This document shows, one piece after another, positions 23,770 to 35,899 of a stretch of DNA of 64,000 bases. The notes beneath the pieces are model-generated. The model had not been told where the DNA came from. It saw only the letters and a program-made list of their open reading frames with translations, and searched no databases. This DNA is from Gonapodya sp. JEL0774 (taxonomy: Eukaryota). A program made the position numbers and the translations under genes. The stretch spans positions 62,001 through 126,000 of the forward strand of contig JADIIX010000062.1 of NCBI GenBank assembly GCA_027604505.1, written 5' to 3'. Numbering within the stretch: the stretch's first letter is position 1; every line of letters starts with the position of its first letter.

Positions 23770-26209
23770 ATGTACAGCTGGATCAATCTCTCTGTTGAAT
23801 CGTAAGCCCTACTTTGCCACCTCTCGACCCTACTGCTCCCACCTCAAGCTCCTGTGCTCCCTTTCCCCTCTCACCCACATGCAAAGCTTCGTCGTCGAAA
23901 ACTTTGGCATGGACGCTTGGGAAGCGATAAAGAAAGAGGCCGGTTGTACCGTCCCCAACGGGGGCTTTGCCAAATTGGAGGTGAGCGGAATGGGGGCACA
24001 GACTAGACCCCGCCCAAAATCTCCAACCCGTAACAATCCCACGTTCTTCTTCTCCTCCTCACCCTCCCACTCATCATGCACCTCCTAAATCTTGTCCACA
24101 GTATCTCCCTGACTCCGCCACTGTCTCCCTCGTGGTTGCTGGCGCTAAACTCCTTGGTGTCGAACCAGGCGTGGTGCTGGAGAAGTTTGGAAAGTACTTT
24201 GTGCACTTTGTGATCAAGAATGGGTATGGGGGACTGCTGAAGGTGGGCCTGTGGACGGTTTACAGCCGATATGTGAAACGCAGCAGACACTGTCATTCGC
24301 TCGTTTTCTCGCCCCCTCCTCCCGATCCTTCAGGCCCAAGGCGCCGATCTCCGCAGCTTCATCCGCAACCTCAACTCCCTGCACGCTCATCTCGCGACCT
24401 CTGCGTTCCCATCTATGCTTCCCCCTGGGTTCGCAGTGGAGACCCCCGACGGCACCGTGCACACCATTTCCGAGGACACCGACGAGGAATTTGTCGTAAA
24501 GTATTCGAGTAGACGACAAGGTCTCGCAGCGTTGGCTATCGGCGTGTTGACCGAAGCCGCTCTGGTATTGTTTGAAAGCCAGATTGTGTGCACGGTGGTG
24601 AGGAGTGAGACAGTGATGACCGAGGACGACCGGGGCGAGGGTGCTGGGGGGCTTAAGGAACAGTACGATTCGTACCTACTGGTCAAGACGGTGAGCAAAG
24701 TGCGCAAGGACGATGACGAGGACGATGTCGGCAACGCTGCTGGCGGTAGAGCGAAAGAGGACCCTCCAGACATTGCGGTGTCCAAGAGCGTCCACTCTGT
24801 CAACGGCAATGCGACGTATACATCGTGTCCTGCAATAGCAGGACCTGCAGGACCCAGAGATGTACCAACACCACCAACCAACTCTGCGGACCCCGGTTCC
24901 ATCCCACGTCAGGACGCCGCAGACTTGTTCCCCTTCCACGTCGTGTTCGACAAGACCATGCGGATCGTATCGCGCGGCAGGATGATAGATTCCGTGGCGG
25001 TAAAAGTCGGCTGCGCGGTGAAATCCCTCAAGGGACAGAATGTGGGGAACGTGTTTGAGATCACGAGCCCTGCAGGCGCGACGTTCGAGGAAGGCGACTT
25101 GAAGGCGAAAATGAAGGACACGGAGTTCACCCTCCGGTTGAGAACCACGGGTTCGGCTCCGTTCTCCTTCACTGGCCAAATCTACTATCTTTCCACCGAA
25201 CTCTTTGTGTTTCTCTGTTCCCCCGCGTGTGTCACCGTGGACCAACTCGTGGCCGCGGGATTGCAGCTGTTCGATTTACCGGTGCACGATAAATCCAAGG
25301 AACTGGTTCTCATCAACGAACGACTAAGAGCTGAGGTGGAGAGGAATCAGAGGTTGGAGAACGAGACCAGACATTTGTCGGCGAAAAAGAGGAGTAAGAT
25401 CTCGATTGATGCCTCCGCAGAGTTGGTGAGTCGGATCGGCGATTGGAGAGGTGTTGACTTGAACATTAAAGCTCCTTAATTGGGCTCTTTGACGTTACTA
25501 GCTCCGCTACCTCTCTTTCCAAACAGCCGTTGAAGTGTTTTGGCTCATCGTCGGTTTAATCGACATCGTCTTCCTTGCCATATCGGGTCTTCAAGCCGCA
25601 CTCTCCCCCGATGGAGTGTATGCTGTCTCCCGCGGGGCCAGTATTGCCTTTGCAACGTTTGCTGCCCTCTGTGTCTTATTCAAAATTGTGCTCACCTTTT
25701 TCCGCGCTCGCAGCCTCAAATCTAAACTAAATGAAACGCGCACAGGGCGCTTCGAGCTCATACTGCCCAGTGAGCTCGGGACCGCGGAGGGCGGGCAAGC
25801 AGCCATGTCCAAGGCGTACGGCCGCATAAAGCAACTTGACTACGATATTCAGGACCTGTATACCCGACTTGTCGCACAAATCCCAAACTTCCCCCTGTTA
25901 TGCATTCAAGCGTTTATCGCGTTTACAGGATCCGCATCGACAGACATCACACCTCAGCTCAAAATCTCGCTGATGCTCGGCGCTGTCACCATCGGTGCAC
26001 ACATGCAGCTTGTCACGCGCATGTTAAATCTTCTCACAGAGCGAGCGGGTCTCTTGGTGAAGCTCCAAAAGGAAGAAGTCGATAAGGTCGACATTCGAAA
26101 CGCGAATGAAAAGGCTGTGATGGAGATGCTGGGCAAAGTCGTGGAGGGTTTCTCAAGGGCACCGGTGGTGCAGCACTCCCGAAGGAACACATTGGACATT
26201 CCGAAGTGA
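23770..26209 (+). CDS. H-NOX (HNOB) + HNOBA/PAS + coiled-coil protein with a C-terminal multi-TM region and no cyclase domain (~688 aa)
   Basis: Exons 23770-23801, 23887-23980, 24102-24242, 24334-25425 and ~25502-26209 splice in phase. Motifs: MYSWINLSVESFVVENFGMDAWEAI; NLNSLHAHL (proximal His); MLPP; YSSRR (YxSxR); LFPFHVVFD; GQIYYL..FVFLCSP..GLQLFDLPVHD, all matching the sGC beta-subunit N-terminal half. Confidence 0.9.
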
Positions 26210-26554
26210 CAGTAGTTCCGATTTTGTGTGTATTTGTATATTCCCAAGAAATAAATGGTTCATTCCTGCTTTCGTGTTCTCCTTTTCTGCGCGTCATTTG
26301 TCTTTATGTAGTTCTGCAGATGAAAGATGGTGAAGAATCGCCCGCGGCTGGACTTCTGAACCGGGATTTTGCTGGGTTGGGCGTTGTTTTGGCAAGCCAC
26401 AGCGGGGAAGCCCTTTCTGGTGTTATTCCGACCCGACGGCATTACCCTTCCTTCCCCTCATTCGAGGATCCTTGGTCCACATCCTTTCAAAATAAAAGGA
26501 ACCCAAGCAAAGCGATTTCAATCCATTGTGGGACTCTCTTCCGGCAATTCCAAA

Positions 26555-27241
26555 ATGACAGTTCCGGAGAATTGGATGGACCCTTGGGCTGGTGTCTGGG
26601 TGAGTGTCGTCATATTCAGCTGTTAGTAGTTCCACAATATGACCAAGTTTTCTTTCCGGCTTAGACCAGCACGAATGAGCAAGACTCGAAAGTAATGGAT
26701 GAGATTCTCACCATTCAAGGGTTATCTGTGAGTCTACGGACGAAGAACGAGCGTAGCGCACCACTCATGGGGGTCTTCTTTACTTCAAGTGGATGATGCG
26801 TAAAGCGGCTGCCGCAGCAACCATTCAAGATACCCTCAGGGTCTCTAACGACGGTGATGTTACCGTTTTGGAAGTACAGCGCAAGTCGCTGGCTGGGGAA
26901 GTGCTTCGCAAATGGTATCTCGATGGCCGGGAGGTGGAAATCAATGAAGCTCCACTCACTGGTCACGTAAAGATCGCCTGGACCATCAAAAACCTTGACG
27001 ACAGAGTTGTGCTAGTGCAAGTGAAGTATTCCGCGCTCGCCGTTTTGCATGCAAACTGGTTTCTCACAAAAGGCAATTCGCACTTTTCCAGGACACAAAG
27101 GAAGTTTCTGGTGCTTGGTCCTCACATGCAGAATGGAGCGTGGAAACGGAGAGTGGCACAAGTGTCCAATACCGGCGCGTCGACTTCCAGAGCAAGGCTA
27201 AACAACTGAAGCTTGTTCAAAAGTTTAAGAAGACGGCGTAA
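26555..27241 (+). CDS. FABP/lipocalin (calycin)-like beta-barrel protein (~162 aa)
   Basis: Exons 26555-26599, 26665-26727, 26790-27020 and 27092-27241 give MTVPENWMDPWAGVWTS...MDEILTIQGLSWMMRKAA...WYLDGREVE...AWSSHAEWSVE..QYRRVDF..LVQKFKKTA. This has a GxW motif and an FABP-like helical cap. The third donor (GTGAAG) is weak. Confidence 0.7.
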
Positions 27242-27424
27242 CTTCCGCTTTCAGATCCTTTAAAATAGACCTCGATGTATTATGAGTTGGCGTGAATATT
27301 TAAAGGCACATCAACGGCCACTGTGGCGGGTTCTCCTGTGTCGAGAAATGCCTAGACCCTGCAACAGATCAACAACCACAGCGAACCATCATCCGATCCA
27401 TTTGCAACTTCATTTGATTCGTTA

Positions 27425-30400
27425 ATGGATACAGATCCCCCACGGCGTATCTCCTTTGTGGCTGCGACAGCCGAGATCCAAGACTTTGCATATCAAACCC
27501 AATCGCAAGAGATCGCAGTCAAGCAGTCTACGGTCGGGAGACCAGCTTCGATGTCCAGCAAGAAGAAAGAGAAAGAGGTATGCTCTAATGATGGGGAGCG
27601 GTCGATTGCTCACGGAGTGGAGGTGTTCAAGCCATTGGTCCTTGTCATATCGCATGTATTAGAGGGATCGTCTGGCAGGACAGACCCGCAAATCTCGACT
27701 CGAACAGACTATCTTCTCTTTGGTACAAGGCATCGCCACAGGTACGTTTTGTATGCGGTTCTGAACCTCCTGCATGATGATGCAACCAAACGGATTTTGT
27801 CGCAGGGAATGAAATTCCAACATACTTTGCTCTCGCTCTAATCATTCTCGAGGACATGCAGCTGCTCCACTACAGCTGGCGCCCTGGATACACGTAAATG
27901 AAATGAACTCCACCCACAATGAAATCTTTCCAACTGATGTTTTGAAATCACCCAGCTTTGATTCCACACCTAGCTGGCTGCCATTTATTTGGAATCCTCT
28001 GCTTCTACGCCCTGCCTCTGATTTTTACGCACAGTTTCTCGCTATCTTCTCCTTTGCTCTCGCAATCGCTCTCGGCCTGCCGGCATTGGCAGCTCTCGCC
28101 TCCGTCGGATGGCAAGGGAAAAAGTGGACCGGCCTTTTAGACGCTGTAAGAGTCATTGCATATGCTGCAGGTAGTACCGAAGCTCCTTGACTCCCTTGGC
28201 AGATGGGGAAATCTGATTGCTTCTTTTATAGTCGGGCCACTCTTCATCCCTGTTCTGACTGCGCTGATCGATGTAATGAGATGTCGAGATGGCTCGCTGC
28301 TGCTGTACCCGAATGTTGCCTGCCTGGTCCCATTGAACCACATTGTGCCATTTGCACTGTCAAGTGGGGACTCCTCGTTTCTTCGTCGTAACTCCACTGA
28401 TGTCTTTTTAAACTTTCAGTCCTCGGTTTGATCGTATTTATTCCGTCCGTCCTTCTTTGCTGTCTTCTCCTTGTGGACAGTGATCCCCGTGTCGCCTCTA
28501 AGAATGCTCTTGCCAAGGCGCATGGGAGAACCGATTTGATCGCTGTACTAGTAAAGATAGTGATTGTCGCTGTTTATGCGTTTGCGGACGGTTCGAACGC
28601 AAAGCTCGGAGTTCTGGTCGCCAGCACGGGAGTAAGGATCTGGAACATCATTTGAGAATTCTCTACCTTTCCTCTCATCTTTCTTTCGCAGATTCTCGTG
28701 AGGGAAGGTATTACCAAGCAACCATATTACAGTGAACCCATACAATATCTGAGAAACGGATTGTGGATGACGGCATTCTTGGCGGTGAGAGTGATTGCGT
28801 TCGACAAGCAAACTCACCGGTTGATGGCGTTGTATACTCTGCATTGCGCACAGGCGGTGCTTTCACTCATTTCTGATCTGACCATGTCCGCGAATCCGAT
28901 CCCATTGGTGCTCCTTGTCATTGTAATCCCTATCGGACTCACGTCAGGTGGTCTCCTAACACGGGTCTACTTCCAATTAACTACGCGAAGGGTGTACGCA
29001 AGGTTTCGAAAGACTGTGGAGAAGGCGGAACAAGGGTCGTCAGGTCCCGGACATGTGTTTGCGCCACTAAAAAGAGAAGCCAGCATCAAAGACGGTGGGT
29101 GGGCTGGGGTTGGAAGGCTTGTGGAGCTGGTTCAGAGGTGGGTGTGGTGGGAGATCTGGATCAACCACACCAATGTGTAAACTTTCTCATTTATGCATAT
29201 AATTAATTGCATTCCGCACTAATTTCATAGTATTGATAATCTGACCACCTCAAGAGTCAAGCAGGACGTGAGTGATTTGGATTTCGTAAATCATGATTCA
29301 TTTGCTGGAATCAGCCTTTTGCCACAGCCGCCGATATTTACAGCGCCTCACGAAGTCGAGGTACAGTTCCAACTTTTGAAAAGGAAGCTAGCTCGACATC
29401 CGCTGAATCTCTTTGCGACAGCTTGCATGTCGGTTTGTTCGCCATGCCGGACCAAACACCCGCGCACTGCTTCTTATGCGAGAGGTTCTCACGGCTGGGG
29501 GACTACAGTTCCCCCGTGACGGATACGTACTTGCGTCAACGGCCATTTACTTGCTGGCGTTTGCTCCAGTTGACGAGGCTGCTGCTGGTCTGGCTCTGGT
29601 CTTCGAAGAAGGATCACAATACGGAGGCGAAACGAATGCGGATAGGGCACAGGACATTCTGAACACGTTGGCGAATCAACAACCACCGTTAGACGCGAGA
29701 TATTTGGCGTTTCTGTGAGGACTTTTGAGTGAGTATGACGATCCTGTTCGAACTACAACCCATTTCGCACGACTACCCAGGTGCGAGAAAACGGTAGATC
29801 AAAGTGAAAAATCCAAGGAAGCCAATCAAAGTGTCCTCAACGTCTCGTCATATGCGGAAATGCTTAGGTATGTTCGATGTGCGACAACCATCCTCGAGCA
29901 CTTTCCGAAGTGACGTTGCTTTGAACACACCCTTAGTCAAGAGAAATACGCTAAATCCATCCATGTCGATGCGCTGAACGAACTTAAGTGTGAGATATGA
30001 GAGGCATTATTTCTTGTCCAACGTTTCGACTAGACATTGCGGCTTGCCATCACCGCAGCTTACTGGACCAGGGTTCGCCGCGGAGTAACATCCGCAAAGG
30101 ACTACGAAGTATTTCCATCTTATTTACAGGGAATTGCAAGCGCCACTGTGCGGTGTCACGATAACTACAAAAAATTGATCGACCGATTTCCGAAATCGAA
30201 GGTACAATTTCTCCTTTTTGAGTTGCGCAGTTAGAAAGCTGCTTGAATTGCTGTGTTTGGCACAGAATATTTTGCGACAGTATGCGCAATTTCAGGCAAC
30301 AGTGATAACGTGAGACAACTTGAGATTATCCATTGAATTTTCCTCTATAACGGTCCGAGTTACTTGCAGTGACCTGGAAGAGAGCCGAAAATTGATGACA

Positions 30401-33400
30401 TTAGCAGGTGAGTTTCTATCTGAGAGTATTGACAAAGCGCATCACTTCAGCGAAAGGTGATCTCCATTACATACCCAACCTATAGACGGTTCGTGACCAT
30501 GGCACCGTTGATCCGATCGGCGCATTCAGCTATTTCCTTCATATTACAGAGCTTGAAGCCAGTGACATGGACGATATGCAAGGAAGATTGGAGTCAGAGG
30601 ACGACCTGGCTGAGTTCCAAGACGGAGATCACACCGGAAGTCCAACCGCAACTCTCCGAGGTGGCAGCATCGCGTTAGCCAAAGCAGAAATGACGAAAAT
30701 AAAATCTGAAGATTCAGTTGCTATCGATGTCAATGAAGATAACAATAATCGGGATGTTGCTAATGATCCTCATGACCAGGAGGAACTGCAACAGGTCGTC
30801 GAGATTCGCACGAGCCTCGCTCGGAAGCACGCTTCTTCCCATAAGGCAGCAAGCTCTCATGGTACAAGTGACACAAGCGAATCTAGGGAAGCTCGTCGTG
30901 CAAAAGTCATGCGCGTGGAATTTGCTCGAAGGGTGCGCGCCGTACCGGAAATGTACGATAAAAGACTGCGAGGCCTCTCTTTTTTGTGTCTTGCAATAGT
31001 GGTTTTGAGTTTGGTGTTATCGAACGTGACTTTTGGAACTCGTGAGTTACAAGAGATGAAACAGCACAGAAACCAAATATATTTTGAGGAAAACTGATCT
31101 AACCATGTCCTATTTTCAAGTTCAAACGCAAGTGGCGGACTTTCTTCTTTCAACTGAGCTTGGGCGCTACTCCATGATGATGATACAAGGTCCGTGTTGC
31201 GTCTGTGCAAACGCATTCGAGCACCGTTCCACCGATTTTCCCGTCAACCTGTGAATGAATGTCGTTGTCATATCTCTTCTAAAATGTAGCTGTCAGACTC
31301 ATGACCACGTTCGGTTCTCGCGGAGACTCAGCAGGATTCCAATACTGGCACGACTACTTGACCGACATGGACGTAAAGTTATTTAACGCCGCGAAGACGT
31401 ATCTCGTCCCTCGAAGCGGATTTCAAGAAGGAATCTTTCGAGTGTACGTTTATGACTCCATTCCCCACAATGTGACGGGGCAGCAACAAGTTTGGCCGAG
31501 CACAATATACAAGAACCAATTCGTAGGTGGCTGTTTCCTTTTCCGAAGGGATCACACATCAGTCTTTAATGTTTATGGGATCTAGGAACTTGCAAAGTCC
31601 CTGCAAACGTCAGCGGAGGCCTTGTTGAAGCACGGTAGGTTTGAACTCCGCGCAATCAGGGAGTCCGTAACATTTCGTTGACAGGGAAACCATTACACTC
31701 AGATATATCTTATTTCCAGTCTGTTTTGCCGACTACCGATATCAATGCAAGGTTTTTATTCGGTAGGTCGATTTTGGTGCGTGGGTCGTCAATAATACTC
31801 TTATGTACTAAGTTTCAACGAAGATAATATGGAAACTATTGGTATGGGGTTGAAAGGTTTGAGTTCCAATGCAATTGCAATTTTGGAACCGTGAATAAGG
31901 TTTCGCAATCCCTTCAAAATCACAGATCTTGCAACAACAGGACAGGAGACATTTATCTCAGACGTAGCATCACAAACCACTGTTCTCTGGGTATGTGTAG
32001 AACGCGACAGCAATTTGAGAACAATCCCAGCTACAAAGTTCTTCTTCAGGTTCTGCTTGCACTCTCCGCAGTGACAATTGTATCCATGGGAGCGTTTGTA
32101 TTCTTTCCGTTGTTCGTCGAGACTCGTCGACTCCAAGTTCGTTACTTTAAAGTACGTTTCAGAAATTGTAGTCGGTCACGTTCAGTCTCTGTTTATCCCT
32201 GAGCCTCTGTTTGTATTGGGCTTGTAGATCATGAAACTGGTACCGAAGAAAGCTGTCGATGAAATTCTCTTGATTTTGGACGAACAGATTGAATTGATGA
32301 CCGACGATGGAGACAAAGCAAGACCTGTGACGCAAGAAAACCAAGTTGGTACAACGGACTGGAAATCAATGGGGAACGCGACACTATCGTTGATCTTCCT
32401 GGGCCTCTGCTCTGTGGCGATTTTAATACCGGCTTTGGCGCGCCTCCCAGGCAAGTAGATCGTCATTTTTATCCAATGCATTCGTTTGTGCGTTTACGCT
32501 CCGCATATTTAACGATTCAGTGAATATCAAGTTCGTTTCGATGGTCAACTTTACCAATCAGGTATGCCATTCTCTTCTGTTTGTCACTGATAAACCACAT
32601 CAAAGACGTCTGGATACTATACTCTTAGCGCAAGTTCTGGACAGAAGCTGTCAAGGTGAGAAAGAAACGTCTCCCTCTGAAAACGCAAATATTTGATATT
32701 CGATAAAACAAGGCATACTCGTATGAAGTTTTAATTGGAGACCGAACAACCTGGATGTTTGGACGGCCTGAAGCGTTACTGGAAGATGCGATCACCCAGT
32801 ATGAGACGATCCACCAGAACAGTATCACTGGACACGGGACCGTGGAAATTGAACCTACCACAACAATCGACTTAATTTATTGGCTCACTGAAGACCTAGG
32901 CTGCATGATCGCCAGCTGTGACCCCTCCGTGCGAAACTTCAACGCTACAATAGGTGTGTTCCCCATCCCTCAAAGGAGAAAAAAAGAAAGCTCAGTTGTT
33001 CATTAATTCACAAAGGGTTTACTTACAATGAGACGGTCAGCCCTCTCGGTTCGTACTGTAACATTGTTAGGCTCTGTGGATTTATTGTCATTTCTCATAA
33101 CACTTCGCAATTACCATTCAACGGATCAGACAACATGATCCCTGATTTCTTACAGAGAGCGCGAGCTTTCCTTCAAATCAATGGCATGCGTGCGACCAAC
33201 AACTTCTACGATGACAGACTTAGATTTATGCAAGGTGAACAGCTTGACGGAGAATATTTGAAGATTTTTTTCACTGGTTTTGTTCGAGCAAACCGTGTGA
33301 CTGATGAATATTATTGTTTGATAGAGCTCTCGGTGGACATTCAAGGCGGTCTTTTTCTCATCGATACGCTTGTACTTCAATCGTACCTTCCCTCTGGCAA

Positions 33401-33626
33401 CGCAGTAGCGCAAACAGCGTCCGTCGGGGTTTTTGTTGTTTGTGTGGTATCTTTTGCGGGACTCTACTTCTTCAACTTTAGGAAAATGGCCATTAATCGA
33501 CAACAGCAAATGGATGCACTCGTCAACTTGATACACATGATCCCTCCTGCAATTGTGAACTCTGTACCCAAAATTCAGCGCTTGATACAAAGTGGAGGTG
33601 CTTCAATCGGGGATGAGGAGAGTTGA
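27425..33626 (+). CDS. TmcB/TmcC (tiny macrocysts)-like large multi-pass membrane protein with a TPR-like region; many small exons
   Basis: N-terminal multi-TM block (27.7-29.0 kb). Helical repeats FPRDGYVLASTAIYL and YKKLIDRFPKSK|NILRQYAQF. Ser/acidic linker (SSHGTSDTSES). Two further TM-extracellular-TM units each ending 'L..L/IP...V', and C-terminal IQRLIQSGG. Family assignment is from recalled architecture. Confidence 0.65.
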
Positions 33627-33669
33627 GGTAGAATGTATTATTGCTAATCATGTCAAGAAAAGCAACCGC

Positions 33670-34944
33670 CTACCATGCAAGCGAATGGTCAACATTTCTA
33701 GCGGAGCGGAGCCTTGCTTCATACTTTCGTGCCAGCTCCATAACCTGCTCTGCAAACAGCCGTTGCTCGGGGATACCCGACTCGCGGAGCTGCTGCAAGC
33801 TTTTGGCCACTCCCACTCCACCGTGAATACATCCAACTACAAACGCACAACCCCGCGGTGCTGCCTGAAACAGCTCCTCTAATGTACTTAGCGCAGATAC
33901 CTCGACTTGGCGGTCACTGTCAGGGCTCGAAAACCGCCACAACATGACATACAGAATCACGCATTCAAGATTTGGAGTAAGTCGCAATATTGTTCCCGAA
34001 TTTTTGGCCACTTGCCCCGGAGTCAGCAGCAAGTGGAGAGTGCGGAGAGTCGTTATTGGTCCTCCCACCCCTCCCACCCAGTCAGTTTTGCCATGGAGGC
34101 ACACTACACCGAGTTCTCTGAGAGAAGGGAAGATGCGAGGTGTGGCCATGAGACGAAGTACTCCACTCCAGGAAGCTGAGTATTGAGGTGAGACCACCAA
34201 AGACGTCACTAGTGCCCTCCGTTCCTCCGAGACTCGCCTGGCAACAAGCTCAGCACCAGAGTCGCTCGTCAAAAGCCCTAATATGATGTTCCGTGATTTG
34301 GGAAACCTCTCCAGCAATGTCCGCACTCGTTGTCCGGTTTTCAATCTTACGTCGCCTTTCCTCAACATTGTAATGGACTTGAATTCAAGCACCTGCGGTA
34401 TAAGGGTGAACCATTGGAACATGTTGTCGCCATAGAAGTTCAATTCTCTGACCCCATGATAATGCGCAAATTGTGCCACTGCATTGAGAACACCCATCGT
34501 CGTTACAGATGGTTGCAACTGTTGATCCTCGTCAGTTTCGAACAACCAGACACCTGCCGACGCTAAGCCGAGCCTAAAGTGGTGTGGGATACGTGTCTTC
34601 ACTACTGAAGTCCGAATACGATCCACTAGTATGTCCCATATCATCGATTCCGACCCAGCCACCTCGTAGACAGGCAACGTTATCCGGGCCCTTACAGCTC
34701 CCCACACCACCGACTGCTTGTGGTGAGACAGGAGAAAGTCGTCGGCAATCTCAAGTTCCGTGTTTGGCCAATCACCGACAAGGAGCTCCACTGCTATGGC
34801 TATTTCGCGTCGGGGGCAGCCTGGAATCGTGTTGAGTGTCGCTTTGCGAAAACTGCGGGAGATACGGGGTGCAGTTTTGTATAAGGTACGGGGATCAAGA
34901 AGTCTTAAAACTCTCCATAAGAGCTCAGTTGGGAATGTCTCCAT
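33670..34944 (-). CDS. F-box-like protein (intronless, 424 aa) with possible degenerate LRR C-terminus
   Basis: The N-terminus METFPTELLWRVLRLLDPRTLYKTAPRISRSFR fits the F-box consensus LP.ELL..I...L.......VCR.FR. Confidence 0.7.
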   Translation of the reverse strand: METFPTELLWRVLRLLDPRTLYKTAPRISRSFRKATLNTIPGCPRREIAIAVELLVGDWPNTELEIADDFLLSHHKQSVVWGAVRARITLPVYEVAGSESMIWDILVDRIRTSVVKTRIPHHFRLGLASAGVWLFETDEDQQLQPSVTTMGVLNAVAQFAHYHGVRELNFYGDNMFQWFTLIPQVLEFKSITMLRKGDVRLKTGQRVRTLLERFPKSRNIILGLLTSDSGAELVARRVSEERRALVTSLVVSPQYSASWSGVLRLMATPRIFPSLRELGVVCLHGKTDWVGGVGGPITTLRTLHLLLTPGQVAKNSGTILRLTPNLECVILYVMLWRFSSPDSDRQVEVSALSTLEELFQAAPRGCAFVVGCIHGGVGVAKSLQQLRESGIPEQRLFAEQVMELARKYEARLRSARNVDHSLAW

Positions 34945-35899
34945 CGAAGAAATCTGGAACTATCCAGCGCGTCTCGGAGTTTGCGATCAAGTTTGCGACC
35001 AGGGGGCTCCTGCGATTTTGTCGGAGCCATGGCCGGACCTGGGTGTGGTGTGGCCGACGACAGGCCCGTGCACCCGCGTGCAGGCTTCTCCGCACCACGG
35101 ACCCCCTTCCCCACCTCTCCCACAGATCCGTCCGGTCAGGAAGTCGGGGTGGATCTGACCTCTCCCTCACAATTGTCGCAGAGTGGATAGTGCGGGGATT
35201 TTTTGTTTTTGTTTGGTTTCTTTGGGCGATGGGCTCTGCCGTGCAGGCGTGAGTGGCCATGTGTGGGGGTGATGTGTCACCCTACGACCGACTCTAACCA
35301 ATAGAGTGTATAATATGAACATACAATAGCAAATATGCCAGCGCGAGTCCATGCTCTGGCGTACCCACCTGACCAATAGAGTCTGCTCACGTGGAGAGAC
35401 TGATCAGGAGCACCGCACTATCACACGTACGGCTAATCTATTTCTACCCTATGACCCTTGCACTTCCCATGTCACCCCATGGGGGTGACATGATGTGTGG
35501 AGCGTGCGTGGGTCGGTGGGAGTGGGGGGAAGGGGGAGGGGTTCGGGGGTGTTGTTCACGATGGAGTCGCATGGCCATTCTTAGACAGGGTTTTCCCTGA
35601 TTAGTTGCCTCCTTTGCGTTGGGTGCCCTGGAGGGCTTTCTTTGTTCTTATTTACATTTGTCTTTCGTTTTTCTCTGATGATAAAATGGCGGCGGGAGGG
35701 GCTCGGGGATTACCCTCGCTCTCCTGCCCAGTTTCAGCCAGCCGTGTCCCCCTCCATCAGCATCGCGCTGCGTCCCGGTGGCGTTTCCCCACCGTTCCCT
35801 CCTCCTCTCTAGCGGCTCGCGGACCATACACTAGGGCCTGTCCTATTCCGCAATAACATAACAGATCATTGTAAAGGGTTCATTTTGTGCTGTACTAAA

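Noticed and set aside
25426..27241. Guanylate/adenylate cyclase domain downstream of HNOBA
   Set aside because: No class III cyclase motifs (for example F.DI.GFT or KVETIGD.Y) were seen in any frame. The sequence is explained by the TM exon and the FABP-like gene.
35290..35390. Two similar CT(A/G)ACCAATA(A)GAGT motifs upstream of the F-box gene
   Set aside because: They could be CCAAT-type elements, but they are too short to support as regulatory sites.
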